From an uncultured Bacteroidales bacterium (GTDB lineage Bacteria; Bacteroidota; Bacteroidia; Bacteroidales; WCHB1-69): a stretch of 64,000 bases of DNA. The position numbers and the translations under genes are program-made. Numbering within the stretch: the first letter of the stretch is position 1; each line of letters opens with the position of its first letter. The DNA lies in NCBI GenBank assembly GCA_946624065.1, contig CAMORT010000003.1:3593-67592 (forward strand). The letters are read 5' to 3'. The notes below the pieces were generated by a model that had not been told where the DNA came from, made no database searches, and saw only the letters and a program-made list of their open reading frames with translations. Positions 37,347 through 47,564 of this stretch are shown here, piece by piece.

Positions 37347-38036
37347 TTATTGCCCCACGGTATTGTTGATTCTTCGTTTCGCCCTTTTCCAAATGAAAAT
37401 GAAGAAGATGAAGAATCCCAGATTCAGTAATGAGGCGGTGATGGTGTCAGTGCCTTGAATCAATTCGGCATACATGAGCACGAAGTCGTAAATACCGTGC
37501 ATGATGACTGGAATAAGGAAGGCGAGGAAAAGATAGAAGTGTTTTTTTGAAGGCCTGAATTTGGCGAGGGCAAAGAAATATCCCATGAAGATGGCGAAAA
37601 AGAAATGGGCGGGCACGGCGAACAACGCGCGGCTCACCGCCACACCCAGACCACCCTGCATCACATACAGGATATTCTCCAATCCGGCGAACCCCAGACC
37701 CACGCATGCCGCATATTCCAATCCGTCGTAGTATTCGTCAAAATACTGGCTTTTCCAGATGAAAAGGTACAGGAACACCAGTTTGCAGAACTCCTCGGGC
37801 ATGGCGGCCATGCAAAACGCCTGAAACAGCGCCTGGTGCAGTGGCAATGAAGTGTCGCCTAACCTTTCGACATTCAGAACGGTAAGGAGCAACACATCCA
37901 AACCAGCAGCCAGCACACCACCCAGCAGGGCTTTAAGCAGCATGGGCAGCGGCTCCTTTTGGAACCTGTCCTTGGAATAAATGTAAATCAACAGGAAGAT
38001 GACCGGCGCGAATGATGCTATAAGAATGATGGACAT
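37347..38036 (-). CDS. PrsW-family intramembrane protease
   Basis: Polytopic membrane protein with EE..K (AAMPEEFCKL) and HxxxD (HGIYDF) motifs. Confidence 0.7.
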   Translation of the reverse strand: MSIILIASFAPVIFLLIYIYSKDRFQKEPLPMLLKALLGGVLAAGLDVLLLTVLNVERLGDTSLPLHQALFQAFCMAAMPEEFCKLVFLYLFIWKSQYFDEYYDGLEYAACVGLGFAGLENILYVMQGGLGVAVSRALFAVPAHFFFAIFMGYFFALAKFRPSKKHFYLFLAFLIPVIMHGIYDFVLMYAELIQGTDTITASLLNLGFFIFFIFIWKRAKRRINNTVGQ

Positions 38037-38048
38037 GATGGAAAGGGC

Positions 38049-38130
38049 GAAAGGGGTGAAGTTGGTGAAATGGGTGAAATTGGTAAAAGGTAAATGGGGT
38101 AAAAGGGATTAGGTTATGGGGTTTTATGAA
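38049..38130 (-). repeat. 82-nt tract that is G-free on the transcribed (minus) strand, with about 9-nt units (GGTGAARTK on plus) and CCCCATTTA; flanked by four 7-nt TGAACTT-type units at 38127-38154
   Basis: Direct reading finds no C on the plus strand between 38049 and 38130. It fills the fumC-prsW spacer. Confidence 0.9.
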
Positions 38131-38155
38131 CTTTTAACTTTGAAACCTGAAACTT

Positions 38156-39526
38156 CTACAATTTCATCCACTCGTCAAAATCTGCTTCGCTAACGAGTTT
38201 CAGCGCAAGGGCGGCTTCGCGGAGGGTGATGCCCTCATTTAAGGCGTGTTGCGCAATCTTTGCGGCATTGTAATAACCGATGTGCGGGCTCAGTTTGGTG
38301 ACGAGCATCAGGGAGTTGTTCAGGTGCATGGTGATGCGCTCTTTGTTGGCGACCACGCCTTTCAGGCAATGGTCGTTGAAGGAGTTGATAACATCCGCCA
38401 GCAGTCGTGATGATTGCAGCAGGTTGCGCCCGATGAGCGGCATGAACACATTGAGTTGCAGATGTCCCTGCAGGGCGCCGGTAGTGATGGCCACATCGTT
38501 GCCGATTACTTGGCAGCACACTTGTGAAAGCGCTTCGCACTGCGTGGGGTTCACCTTGCCGGGCATGATGGAGGAACCGGGCTCGTTGGCGGGCAGGATC
38601 ACTTCGCCTAAACCGCAACGCGGTCCGGAGTTCAGCAGACGGAAGTCGTTGGCGATCTTCATCAGCGAAACGGCCAACCGTTTCAAACTTCCCGACATTT
38701 CCGCCATGGAGTCGTGTGTGGCCATGGCCTCAAACTTGTTGGGCGTGTTCGTGAAATTCAGTCCGGTAAATGTATTTATATATTGTAACGCCAGTTTGTC
38801 ATAACCTTCGGGTGCGTTGATGCCGTTGCCCACGGCCGTGCCGCCGATGGGCAGCTCCATCAGATGAAGCATGCTGTGGCGTATGGCTTCCAGTCCGTGC
38901 TCCAGTTGAGAAAGGTGTCCGGAGAGTTCCTGTCCCAAAGTCAGTGGGGTGGCATCCATCAGGTGCGTGCGCCCGATCTTCTTGATATCCGCAAACTCCT
39001 CAATCTTAATGCGATAGGTTTCCATTAACCGCTCAATGGCTGGGATGGTGTGTTCCAACAACATTTTTGCGGCGGCAATGCGCATGCCGGTGGGGAAGAT
39101 GTCGTTGGTGGACTGCGACTTGTTCACATCGTCATTAGGGGAGAGATACAAGGGCACATCATCCAACTTGCCACCGTTCATCAGTTGCCCCAGGTGGGCG
39201 ATGACCTCGTTGACATTCATGTTGGTTTGGGTGCCTGAGCCGGTTTGCCAGATATGCAGTGGGAATTGGTCGTCCCACTTGCCTGCGAGTATCTCGTCGC
39301 ATGCCTGTACGATGAGGTTGCGCTTGTCGGCGGGCAATACGCCAAGGTCGCAATTGGCGCTGGCTGCCGCCTTTTTGGCTAAGGCAATGCCATATATGAT
39401 CTCAATCGGCATTTTCTTCTTGCCAATGACGAAATTCTCCATGGCGCGCTGCGTCTGCGCTCCCCATAATTTGTCGCATTCAACCCTCATTTCTCCAAGG
39501 GTGTCTTTTTCTGTTCTGTATTCCAT
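38156..39526 (-). CDS. fumC: class II fumarate hydratase
   Basis: GSSIMPGKVNPTQCEA signature. The start is at 39526 (MEYRTEKDTLGE) or 39544. Confidence 0.95.
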   Translation of the reverse strand: MEYRTEKDTLGEMRVECDKLWGAQTQRAMENFVIGKKKMPIEIIYGIALAKKAAASANCDLGVLPADKRNLIVQACDEILAGKWDDQFPLHIWQTGSGTQTNMNVNEVIAHLGQLMNGGKLDDVPLYLSPNDDVNKSQSTNDIFPTGMRIAAAKMLLEHTIPAIERLMETYRIKIEEFADIKKIGRTHLMDATPLTLGQELSGHLSQLEHGLEAIRHSMLHLMELPIGGTAVGNGINAPEGYDKLALQYINTFTGLNFTNTPNKFEAMATHDSMAEMSGSLKRLAVSLMKIANDFRLLNSGPRCGLGEVILPANEPGSSIMPGKVNPTQCEALSQVCCQVIGNDVAITTGALQGHLQLNVFMPLIGRNLLQSSRLLADVINSFNDHCLKGVVANKERITMHLNNSLMLVTKLSPHIGYYNAAKIAQHALNEGITLREAALALKLVSEADFDEWMKL

Positions 39527-39611
39527 TGTTTTAGCGATTATCAATTATTGAGTAAGAGAGTAAACGATCAGTTTTTATTATTTTCTTCCTTTATTTCTTC
39601 GTCTTAATCTA

Positions 39612-41522
39612 TTAGTCATAAAACCTCCATGTGATTCCCAGTTCCAGATTCCGTCCCTGCATCGGGTAGAAGGGCGTGGTGAAATATTTGAAACTGAACA
39701 CACCGGCCAGCAGGTTCCCGCCACGGACATAGAAGGCGATGCGTTCCACCCGCAAGGTGAGGTTCAAGTCGAAGTAGAGGTAATTGCCCACTTGCTCGTT
39801 GCCCTGATGATAGAATTGGTGTAGGAGCGCATTGTAGGCATCCGCATAGTATAATGTGTTGTACATCAGGTCTCCGCCGATTTGGATGTTCAAGCGTTTC
39901 CTGAAAATCTTGAATTGGTAGGCGGCGTATAATTTGCCGGCGAATATGGGTACGGCAATATATGATTTTGTGGAATGTTGTACGGAAACATTGAGGTCAA
40001 TCATGAAATTCTTGACGCGTAACGGAGCAAACAGGTTGAGTTGCACCACATTGATGGATTTCTCATAACTCTCCGGTTCAAAGTGATGATTCAGAAATAC
40101 ATAGCGGTTCAGCATGAAGTAGTTGAAACTCACTTTGTAGTCCAAAATGGTATAGAAGGCGCCCAGTTTCAGGATGTTCTGCTTTTTCCAATCATTCAGC
40201 CAGTAATTGTTGTTACCGTTGTAATGCGTGAAGATGAAGTCGGGGGATATGCGGTAGAAGTTCGCCTCCAGCCCCAGATAGGATCGCAGTTTTCGGTTAA
40301 TGGCGAAAGTGCCCGCCACATTGGCGATAGCGTCATTTTTGTTGTAATTCAGGAAAGAATAGGCGAAGTTGCCGTAAATGTCCCAAACGGAGAACAACCG
40401 TATGGATGCTCGGGCAAACAGCGAGAAATTGTTGGCTATGTAGCGGGGCATGCGCGAGTGGACGAACTCGTGGCGGATGCCGCCAGCAAACCGGAATTGG
40501 TAGTTGCGTTCGCTGCGCCGCGACATCGGATTGTAGTTCGACCACTGGAGTGTGTTTATTATGTTATAGAAGTAGAGACTGTCTTTCGTGGTGTCCGTGC
40601 TGAAATAATAATGATCGCGATAAAAATCATTGTTCAGGTTGTAGTCTGAAAACAGACTTCCGGTGCGCTTGAACTGGAACGAGTGTGTGAAGGTGCCGAA
40701 ATAGTGCCCATTTTTGTCGCGAATGTTCACAAATTGCTGGAAAAGAGCGTCGTGGGTGTTGATGCGGGAGGAGGCATTGCTGAACATGACATTGAATGCG
40801 CTCAGGTTGTTCGTGATGTTGGTGTCGCGCACATCACGGTCGGCAAAACTGTGAAAATCACTCAGTCCGCCGTTCTCGGAGAACTTGGCGTGGTTGAGGA
40901 TGTAGGATACGGTAAACCCGTACAAGCTGTCCTTGGTCTCATAGTGGAAAAGCGCATCCAGTATCAGCATGTTGACCCCCTGGTGCAGAAAATATCCCGT
41001 ATTGCCTATTCCCATAAGGTTGACCACCAGATCGCTGTGTTTGAATTTCTGGGCGTGGGTGGCATAGAAATTCTGTTCGGAAGGGAGTCCGTAGGTATAT
41101 GCCAAACGGGTATAGGAAAAATCCACATCGTAGTGTTTGAGGTCTTTTTGTGTCTTAAAAAACAGCGGATAGGGCAGGGTGAGCATGGAGAAATCGATGC
41201 TCCGCTCGTAGTCGAAAACCATCGATTTGTGCGCCTGTCCGTTGATGCCGATGCTTTGGTAAATGTTTGGCGCCTCATAAAAGGGGGAGTAGTCTGAGAT
41301 GTGGAAAATAGAAGTGTCCAGCAGGTCGTATTTCAGCGGATTGTAAAAGACGGTGGGAAAATTGGCCGTATATACGGGCACATAGGCGGGGGAGAGGGCC
41401 ATGACGGAGTCGATCTTGCGCTCCCTTTGTTCCGATTCCTGTGCGAAAATCTGTCCTATACTGCTGATTGCCAATAATATGGTGATGAGCGCAAAGACTC
41501 TCGCACGAAGTGGATGTGCCAT
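39612..41522 (-). CDS. large outer-membrane beta-barrel protein (putative porin family)
   Basis: Signal peptide from M23 (MAHPLRARVFALITILLAISSIGQIFAQ), aromatic-rich alternating strands, and a C-terminal ...LELGITWRFYD. Confidence 0.6.
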   Translation of the reverse strand: MAHPLRARVFALITILLAISSIGQIFAQESEQRERKIDSVMALSPAYVPVYTANFPTVFYNPLKYDLLDTSIFHISDYSPFYEAPNIYQSIGINGQAHKSMVFDYERSIDFSMLTLPYPLFFKTQKDLKHYDVDFSYTRLAYTYGLPSEQNFYATHAQKFKHSDLVVNLMGIGNTGYFLHQGVNMLILDALFHYETKDSLYGFTVSYILNHAKFSENGGLSDFHSFADRDVRDTNITNNLSAFNVMFSNASSRINTHDALFQQFVNIRDKNGHYFGTFTHSFQFKRTGSLFSDYNLNNDFYRDHYYFSTDTTKDSLYFYNIINTLQWSNYNPMSRRSERNYQFRFAGGIRHEFVHSRMPRYIANNFSLFARASIRLFSVWDIYGNFAYSFLNYNKNDAIANVAGTFAINRKLRSYLGLEANFYRISPDFIFTHYNGNNNYWLNDWKKQNILKLGAFYTILDYKVSFNYFMLNRYVFLNHHFEPESYEKSINVVQLNLFAPLRVKNFMIDLNVSVQHSTKSYIAVPIFAGKLYAAYQFKIFRKRLNIQIGGDLMYNTLYYADAYNALLHQFYHQGNEQVGNYLYFDLNLTLRVERIAFYVRGGNLLAGVFSFKYFTTPFYPMQGRNLELGITWRFYD

Positions 41523-41692
41523 ATCTCTATCCCTGAAAATCATACCGCAAAAATACAAAAAAACTCCATCCCTTTCATACCTTTTCACCTTGTGTCCGTT
41601 CCCTCTTCTTTTATCTCTGCCAATTTGTCAGTTGATATGCTTTGGCAAAATTATTGATGGAAAGAGTTGTCATAAAAGAAAGGAAAAACACT

Positions 41693-44290
41693 ATGAACCC
41701 GAATAATTTAACGATTAAAACCCAGGAAGTGATTTCGAATGCCCAGATGCTTGCCATGCGCAACCAGAATCAGCAGATCGAATCACTGCATTTGTTGAAG
41801 TCCATGTTGGATGTGGACGATAATGTGATACCCTTCCTGCTGAAGAAGCAGGATTGTAACCCTAAAACGATTGCCTCTGTCGTGGATCGTGAGATAGGAC
41901 ATCTGCCCAAGGTTACGGGCGGTGACTTCTACCTTGCGGGAAGCGCGCAAACCGCCATGCAGAAAGCCATCATCTTCTGCCAGGATTCCGGTGACGAGTT
42001 TGTCTCGCTTGAACATTTGCTTTATGGTATTTTCATGGCCAATGACCGTTGCTCGCAGATTCTGAAAGATGCCGGCATGACGGAGAAGGGACTGAAGAGC
42101 GCCATCGCCGAGTTGCACCAAGGCAGCAAAGTGAACAGCGCTTCCAACGAGGAGACCTACAATGCGCTGAACAAGTATGCGAAGAATTTGAACGACATGG
42201 CGCGCCAGGGAAAACTTGACCCGGTGATTGGCCGTGACGAGGAAATCCGCCGTGTGCTGCAAATCCTGTCCAGAAGAACAAAAAACAACCCGATTCTGAT
42301 TGGTGAGGCCGGTGTCGGCAAGACTGCCATTGCGGAGGGTCTGGCCCAGCGTTTGGTGAGCGGCGACATTCCCGAGAATCTGAAAACCAAGAAGTTGTTT
42401 TCGCTGGATATGGGCGCTTTGATTGCCGGTGCCAAGTACAAGGGTGAGTTTGAGGAGCGTCTGAAAGCAGTTATCAACGAGGTGATCCAATCCAATGGCG
42501 AAATCATCCTCTTCATCGATGAAATCCACACCTTGGTGGGTGCGGGCGCGTCGGGTGAGGGCGCCATGGATGCCGCCAATATCCTGAAACCTGCGCTGGC
42601 GCGTGGTGAACTCCGTTCCATCGGTGCCACAACCCTGGACGAATACCAAAAATATTTTGAAAAAGACAAGGCGTTGGAGCGTCGTTTCCAACCAGTGAAG
42701 ATTGAAGAGCCTGACAAATACTCCGCCATTTCCATTCTTCGTGGATTGAAAGAACGCTATGAGAATCACCATAAAGTTAAGATATTGGATGAGGCCATCA
42801 TTGCGGCGGTCGAGCTCTCGCAGCGCTATATCAGCGACCGCTTCCTGCCCGACAAGGCCATCGACCTGATTGATGAGGCGGCAGCCAAGTTGAAACTGGA
42901 AATAAACTCAGTTCCAGAGGAATTGGATGAGGTGGAACACAAAATCAGCCAGTTGGAGATTGAGCGTGAGGCCATCAAGCGCGAGAACGCCACGGAGAAA
43001 GTGGAGGAGTTGAGCAAGAAGATTGCCGAATTGCAGGAGAAACGCAATGAGATCTCCACCAAATGGCGCAGTGAGAAGGAAATTATGGATAAAATCCAGC
43101 ATTGCAAAGACGAAATCGAGCAATACAAACTGGAAGCCACCAATGAGGAGCGCCAAGGCAATTATGGCCGAGTGGCGGAATTGCGCTATGGTTTGATTAA
43201 GAATGATGAAGACCAGATCGTGAAGTTGCAGAAGGAACTGGAGACTTTGCAGGGCGATGATGCCATGATTGATGAGAAGGTGGGTGCGGACGATATTGCC
43301 GAGGTGGTGGCCCGCTGGACCGGCATTCCCGTCACCAAGATGATGCAGAGCGAGAAATCGAAATTGCTCCATCTGGAAGAGGAACTCCACAAGCGTGTGG
43401 TGGGCCAAGACGAGGCCATTTGCGCCGTGGCAGACGCGATCCGCCGGAGCAGGGCCGGTCTGCAGGACGCCAAACGCCCCATCGGCTCGTTCATCTTCAT
43501 GGGCACCACAGGTGTGGGCAAAACCGAGCTGGCCAAGGCACTTGCCGAATATCTGTTCAATACCGAAGACGCTATGATCCGCTTCGATATGAGTGAGTTC
43601 CAGGAATCCTATTCTGTTTCCCGACTCATCGGTTCGCCCCCAGGCTATGTGGGGTATGATGAGGGCGGTCAGCTGACCGAAAAGGTGCGCCGCAAACCCT
43701 ATTCCGTCATTCTGTTCGATGAGATTGAAAAAGCGCACCCCGATGTGTTCAATGTGCTGCTGCAAGTGCTCGACGACGGGCGGCTCACCGACAACAAGGG
43801 CAGGGTGGCCGACTTCAAGAACACCATCATCATTATGACCTCCAACTTGGGGTCCAATATCATACAGGACAACTACGCCGACCGTGCCAACTACTCTGAT
43901 CTTGAGGTGTTTGAGCGCACTAAGGCCGAGGTGACCGATCTGTTGAAAAAGACATTGAAACCCGAGTTCCTGAACCGTATTGACGAAATTGTGATGTTCC
44001 AGCCGCTCTCCAAACGCGAGATTCGTTCCATCATCGACCTGCAGATTGCCCAACTCGGCAAGTTGCTGGAACCCCGCAATATCAAATTGGAGTTCAGTCA
44101 GTACGCATTGGATTTGCTGCTGCAGCTGGGTTACGACCCCGTGTACGGCGCCCGTCCGCTGAAGCGTGTCATCCAGAAACGCATCCTCAATGAGTTGTCG
44201 AAACTCATTCTGGCAGAGGATATTGAGCATGACAGCACCATTATGGTGGATTCGGTTGAGGACGGCAAGTTCGTGTTCTACAAAAAATAA
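41693..44290 (+). CDS. clpB: ATP-dependent chaperone ClpB
   Basis: Two AAA+ modules ([16 protein letters not shown]), a middle coiled coil and a Clp N domain. The start is [12 protein letters not shown]. Confidence 0.96.
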   Translation: MNPNNLTIKTQEVISNAQMLAMRNQNQQIESLHLLKSMLDVDDNVIPFLLKKQDCNPKTIASVVDREIGHLPKVTGGDFYLAGSAQTAMQKAIIFCQDSGDEFVSLEHLLYGIFMANDRCSQILKDAGMTEKGLKSAIAELHQGSKVNSASNEETYNALNKYAKNLNDMARQGKLDPVIGRDEEIRRVLQILSRRTKNNPILIGEAGVGKTAIAEGLAQRLVSGDIPENLKTKKLFSLDMGALIAGAKYKGEFEERLKAVINEVIQSNGEIILFIDEIHTLVGAGASGEGAMDAANILKPALARGELRSIGATTLDEYQKYFEKDKALERRFQPVKIEEPDKYSAISILRGLKERYENHHKVKILDEAIIAAVELSQRYISDRFLPDKAIDLIDEAAAKLKLEINSVPEELDEVEHKISQLEIEREAIKRENATEKVEELSKKIAELQEKRNEISTKWRSEKEIMDKIQHCKDEIEQYKLEATNEERQGNYGRVAELRYGLIKNDEDQIVKLQKELETLQGDDAMIDEKVGADDIAEVVARWTGIPVTKMMQSEKSKLLHLEEELHKRVVGQDEAICAVADAIRRSRAGLQDAKRPIGSFIFMGTTGVGKTELAKALAEYLFNTEDAMIRFDMSEFQESYSVSRLIGSPPGYVGYDEGGQLTEKVRRKPYSVILFDEIEKAHPDVFNVLLQVLDDGRLTDNKGRVADFKNTIIIMTSNLGSNIIQDNYADRANYSDLEVFERTKAEVTDLLKKTLKPEFLNRIDEIVMFQPLSKREIRSIIDLQIAQLGKLLEPRNIKLEFSQYALDLLLQLGYDPVYGARPLKRVIQKRILNELSKLILAEDIEHDSTIMVDSVEDGKFVFYKK

Positions 44291-44311
44291 CATTGTATGT
44301 TTGATATTATT

Positions 44312-44346
44312 GGCGACAGGCACCAAGTGCTGTCGCCATTTTTTTT
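44312..44346 (+). terminator. intrinsic terminator after clpB
   Basis: GGCGACAG / CTGTCGCC stem followed by ATTTTTTTT. Confidence 0.8.
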
Positions 44347-44353
44347 ATCTTTG
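44346..44353 (+). promoter_or_regulatory. -7 promoter box TAtcTTTG for pcm
   Basis: TAnnTTTG, 16 nt upstream of the ATG at 44369. Confidence 0.5.
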
Positions 44354-44368
44354 CGCTTTGAATATGAT

Positions 44369-45022
44369 ATGATGAAGACTGACAACTATCTTTTATTAGG
44401 AGCGAAGAAGCGTTTGATTGAGGAGCTTCGGCAGAAGGGCATCACGGACGAGAATGTGCTGGCCGCCTTTGACAAGGTGGAACGCCATCGCTTTGTGGAA
44501 TCTTTTCTTTGGGATAAAGCATACGAGAACAAGGCGCTGAAACTGATGAACGGGCAGACGATTTCCCATCCCTATACGGTTGCGTTTCAAACGCAATTGC
44601 TTGAGGTTCAAAAAAATGACAAAATCTTGGAGATTGGCACCGGCTCCGGCTTTCAGGCGGCAATCTTGAGCGCCATGGGCGCGCGCGTGTTCTCCATCGA
44701 ACGCCAACAGCAACTGCACTTGAGTGCCAAGCGCCTGCTGGAGAAATTGGACGACAGAATTGTGCTGTATTACGGCGACGGGTACCAAGGCTATCCGAAA
44801 TTCGCCCCATACTCCAAAATCATCGTCACGTGCGGTGCTCCGGAAGTTCCCCCTGCCCTCTTGCAGCAACTGACTGTGGGCGGCATTATGGTGATCCCTG
44901 TCGGCGACGAGTCGCATACCATGAAGAGAATCAAGAAGATAGATGAGGAAAACTACGAAGAGGAAACCTTTGGAGACTTCCTCTTTGTCCCTATGCTGAA
45001 AGAACGCGTAAGCGTTAGATGA
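44369..45022 (+). CDS. pcm: protein-L-isoaspartate O-methyltransferase
   Basis: ILEIGTGSGFQAAILS SAM motif, with a PIMT-like N-terminus and C-terminus. Confidence 0.9.
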   Translation: MMKTDNYLLLGAKKRLIEELRQKGITDENVLAAFDKVERHRFVESFLWDKAYENKALKLMNGQTISHPYTVAFQTQLLEVQKNDKILEIGTGSGFQAAILSAMGARVFSIERQQQLHLSAKRLLEKLDDRIVLYYGDGYQGYPKFAPYSKIIVTCGAPEVPPALLQQLTVGGIMVIPVGDESHTMKRIKKIDEENYEEETFGDFLFVPMLKERVSVR

Positions 45023-45041
45023 CGTAGAACACAATGAACAA

Positions 45042-45125
45042 ATCCCCAATCCCCAATCTTAAATCTCAAATCCCAAGTATCAAGTCTCAAGTCTCAAATC
45101 CCAAATCTCAAATCTCAAGTCTAAA
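45042..45125 (+). repeat. 12 tandem degenerate heptamers (ATCCCCA / ATCTCAA / GTCTCAA)
   Basis: Parsed by hand: exactly 84 nt, ending 20 nt before the ATG at 45145. Confidence 0.9.
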
Positions 45126-45144
45126 TTATAATCTTTAATCAATC

Positions 45145-45858
45145 ATGTCCGTTTCTGCATTGATATTCGCTGCCGGTTTGGGCACTCGGCTTCGTCCGTT
45201 GACAGACAATCGCCCGAAAGCCCTGGTCAAGTATCAGGGGAAAACCTTGCTGTCACACGCGCTCGACAAGGTTATGGGCGCCGGGATCTCGCAAGTGGTG
45301 GTGAATGTGCACCATTTTCCCGACCAAATCATCGATTTCCTGAAAAGCGACCCGAAATATGCGGGCGTGCGCGTTTCCGATGAGCGCGCCTATCTCCGCG
45401 ATACGGCAGGGGGCCTTCGGTTCGCGGAACCGCTGTTGGGCGACAGCGACACCGTGCTGCTTTATAATGTTGACATATTATCTTCCATCGACCTTCGGAA
45501 AATGCTCGAATGCCATAAAAACTCCGGCGCGGATGTCACCTTGGCCGTGCGAGATCGTGAAACTTCCCGCTACCTGCTTTTCGACCCATCCGACCTCTCG
45601 CTGTGCGGATGGAAAAATGTGCGCACGGGCGAAATGATTTTGCCCTCTCCTGTCGAAAATCCCCAGCCCTTGGCCTTTAGCGGAATACATGTTTTGGACC
45701 GTAGAGTTATTAACAAAATACCCTCTGTCGAGAAGCAATCCTTGGTGCCTTTCTACCTCAAAAAGATCGGAAGTATGAGAATATCAGCGTATTATCATCA
45801 AACCGACGAATGGTGCGATGTCGGTAAGTATGAGCAGTTTTATAATATATTGACATAG
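45145..45858 (+). CDS. sugar-phosphate nucleotidyltransferase family protein (MurU / mannose-1-P guanylyltransferase-like)
   Basis: ALIFAAGLGTRLRPLTDNRPKALV NTP-transferase motif. Confidence 0.75.
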   Translation: MSVSALIFAAGLGTRLRPLTDNRPKALVKYQGKTLLSHALDKVMGAGISQVVVNVHHFPDQIIDFLKSDPKYAGVRVSDERAYLRDTAGGLRFAEPLLGDSDTVLLYNVDILSSIDLRKMLECHKNSGADVTLAVRDRETSRYLLFDPSDLSLCGWKNVRTGEMILPSPVENPQPLAFSGIHVLDRRVINKIPSVEKQSLVPFYLKKIGSMRISAYYHQTDEWCDVGKYEQFYNILT

Positions 45859-46045
45859 AGATATTTACGCCTTACATATTGGTTTTCAATCACTTAAAAG
45901 TGCTACACATTTTTTTTTAAAAATCAAGGGGTTTGGTGGTGTTTTTTTAACTTTTTTTTGTTCATTTTTGCAGTCTGGGAAAACGGATGTGGGGATAATG
46001 TTAGTATCCTCATTGATAGACATATAATTTTTAGATTGCTTGCGT

Positions 46046-47494
46046 ATGGAAAGAATTACCCGAGATTATGTACAAGTTTGGCAAAATTGTTTGCACACGA
46101 TAGCTGACATTGTAGAGCCCGAAGTGTATGAAACATGGTTTGCTCCCATTGTCCCGGTGGCATTGGAGGATAAGACGCTGGTGCTGCAGTTGCCAAGTCA
46201 TTTGTACTATGAGAAGCTCGAGGAGCATTATGTGAAGGTGTTGAAAAGTGTCATCCGCAAGGAATTGGGTTCGACAGGCAAGTTGAAATACAAGATTCTG
46301 ATGGAACGCCAGGGGGATCCGGAGAAGGATAAGAGCATCATTTTGCCCTCGCACTACCGCCCCGCCGTGAGCAACCCGCCCACCTTGGCGCCTATCGATG
46401 TGTACAATACCTCCAACAAGGAGATCCCGGATCCGTTTGTGCTGCCAGGCATCAAGAAACGTAAGATTCCTTCCAATCTTATTGATACGCTGACATTTGA
46501 GAATTATGTGGAGGGCGACTGCAACCGGCTGGCGCGCTCCGCCGGATGGGCTATCTCGCAGGCGCCCGGGCAGACTTCCTTCAATCCGCTCTTCATCTAT
46601 TCCGATGTGGGACTTGGCAAGACGCACCTCGCCAACGCCATCGGTATCCAAACCAAAATCAACTTCCCGGACAAAACCGTGGTGTATGTCAGCTCCGACA
46701 CATTTTACCAGCAGTATATTGAGGCGATCAAGAACAAGAATGTGCCCGATTTCATCTGGTTCTACCAGTCGGTAGATATGCTGATTATTGATGATATTCA
46801 GTTTATTTCCGGTGGCAAGTCGAAAACGCAGGAGGCCTTCTTCCATATTTTCAACTCGCTCCATCAGAAGGGCAAGCAGATTATCATCACCTCCGACAAG
46901 TCGCCGGTGGAGATATCCGGTTTCGAGCCGCGCTTGCTGAACCGCTTCAAGTGGGGCCTCACCGCCGATCTGCAGGTGCCGGATTTGGAGACGCGTATCG
47001 CTATTATCAACAAGAAACTGGAGAACAATGGCATCACGTTCCCGAAGGAGGTGATCGACTATCTGGCGTTGTGCATCACCTCGAACACCCGAGAATTGGA
47101 AGGCGCCATGATCGCCATCCTCGCCCAGGCCTCGCTCAACCATAAGGCCATTACCGTGGAACTGGCCAAGGAGATGGTGGACAAATATGTGAAAACCAAT
47201 GCGAAAGAGATCTCCATCGAGTATATTCAGAAGATTATTTGCGATTATTTCAAGATTTCCACCGACGCCATCAATGCCAAAACCCGCAAACGCGAGATTG
47301 TGCAAGCGCGCCAGTTGAGCATGTATTTCGCGCGCAAGTACACGAAACTCCCGCTCTCCATTATCGGTGCCTATTGCGGAAATAAAGACCATGCCACCGT
47401 TTTGCACGCCTGCCGCACGGTCAATAACCTTTACGAAACTGACAAAAAAATGAAACTTTATGTTGATGATATAGACATAAAAATGAAATTATAA
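46046..47494 (+). CDS. dnaA: chromosomal replication initiator protein DnaA
   Basis: AAA+ core (LFIYSDVGLGKTHL, LIIDDIQF) and a C-terminal DNA-binding domain (RQLSMYFARKYT...DHATVLHA). Confidence 0.96.
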   Translation: MERITRDYVQVWQNCLHTIADIVEPEVYETWFAPIVPVALEDKTLVLQLPSHLYYEKLEEHYVKVLKSVIRKELGSTGKLKYKILMERQGDPEKDKSIILPSHYRPAVSNPPTLAPIDVYNTSNKEIPDPFVLPGIKKRKIPSNLIDTLTFENYVEGDCNRLARSAGWAISQAPGQTSFNPLFIYSDVGLGKTHLANAIGIQTKINFPDKTVVYVSSDTFYQQYIEAIKNKNVPDFIWFYQSVDMLIIDDIQFISGGKSKTQEAFFHIFNSLHQKGKQIIITSDKSPVEISGFEPRLLNRFKWGLTADLQVPDLETRIAIINKKLENNGITFPKEVIDYLALCITSNTRELEGAMIAILAQASLNHKAITVELAKEMVDKYVKTNAKEISIEYIQKIICDYFKISTDAINAKTRKREIVQARQLSMYFARKYTKLPLSIIGAYCGNKDHATVLHACRTVNNLYETDKKMKLYVDDIDIKMKL

Positions 47495-47534
47495 TTTTCT
47501 GCTTTTTTCTGTTGCGGAAATAAATTTTATTGTT

Positions 47535-47542
47535 TATCTTTG
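47535..47542 (+). promoter_or_regulatory. -7 promoter box TAtcTTTG for recJ
   Basis: TAnnTTTG, 23 nt upstream of the ATG at 47565. Confidence 0.5.
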
Positions 47543-47564
47543 CCGCTGGCAAAAATGTTTTATT

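Noticed and set aside
41783-44326. 329-aa, 192-aa and 472-aa minus-strand ORFs
   Set aside because: All are antisense to clpB, whose identity is unambiguous. They have repetitive Leu/Gln/His composition.
45859-46045. oriC next to dnaA
   Set aside because: I found only one degenerate DnaA-box-like 9-mer (TGGGGATAA at 45990-45998) and no cluster or obvious AT-rich unwinding repeats. The perfect TGTGGATAA matches at about 14093 and 14940 lie inside the giant gene, where they encode the repeated GYVDN motif.
46031-47407. 458-aa minus-strand ORF
   Set aside because: It is antisense to dnaA and has no motif. It is a shadow ORF in moderately GC-rich coding DNA.
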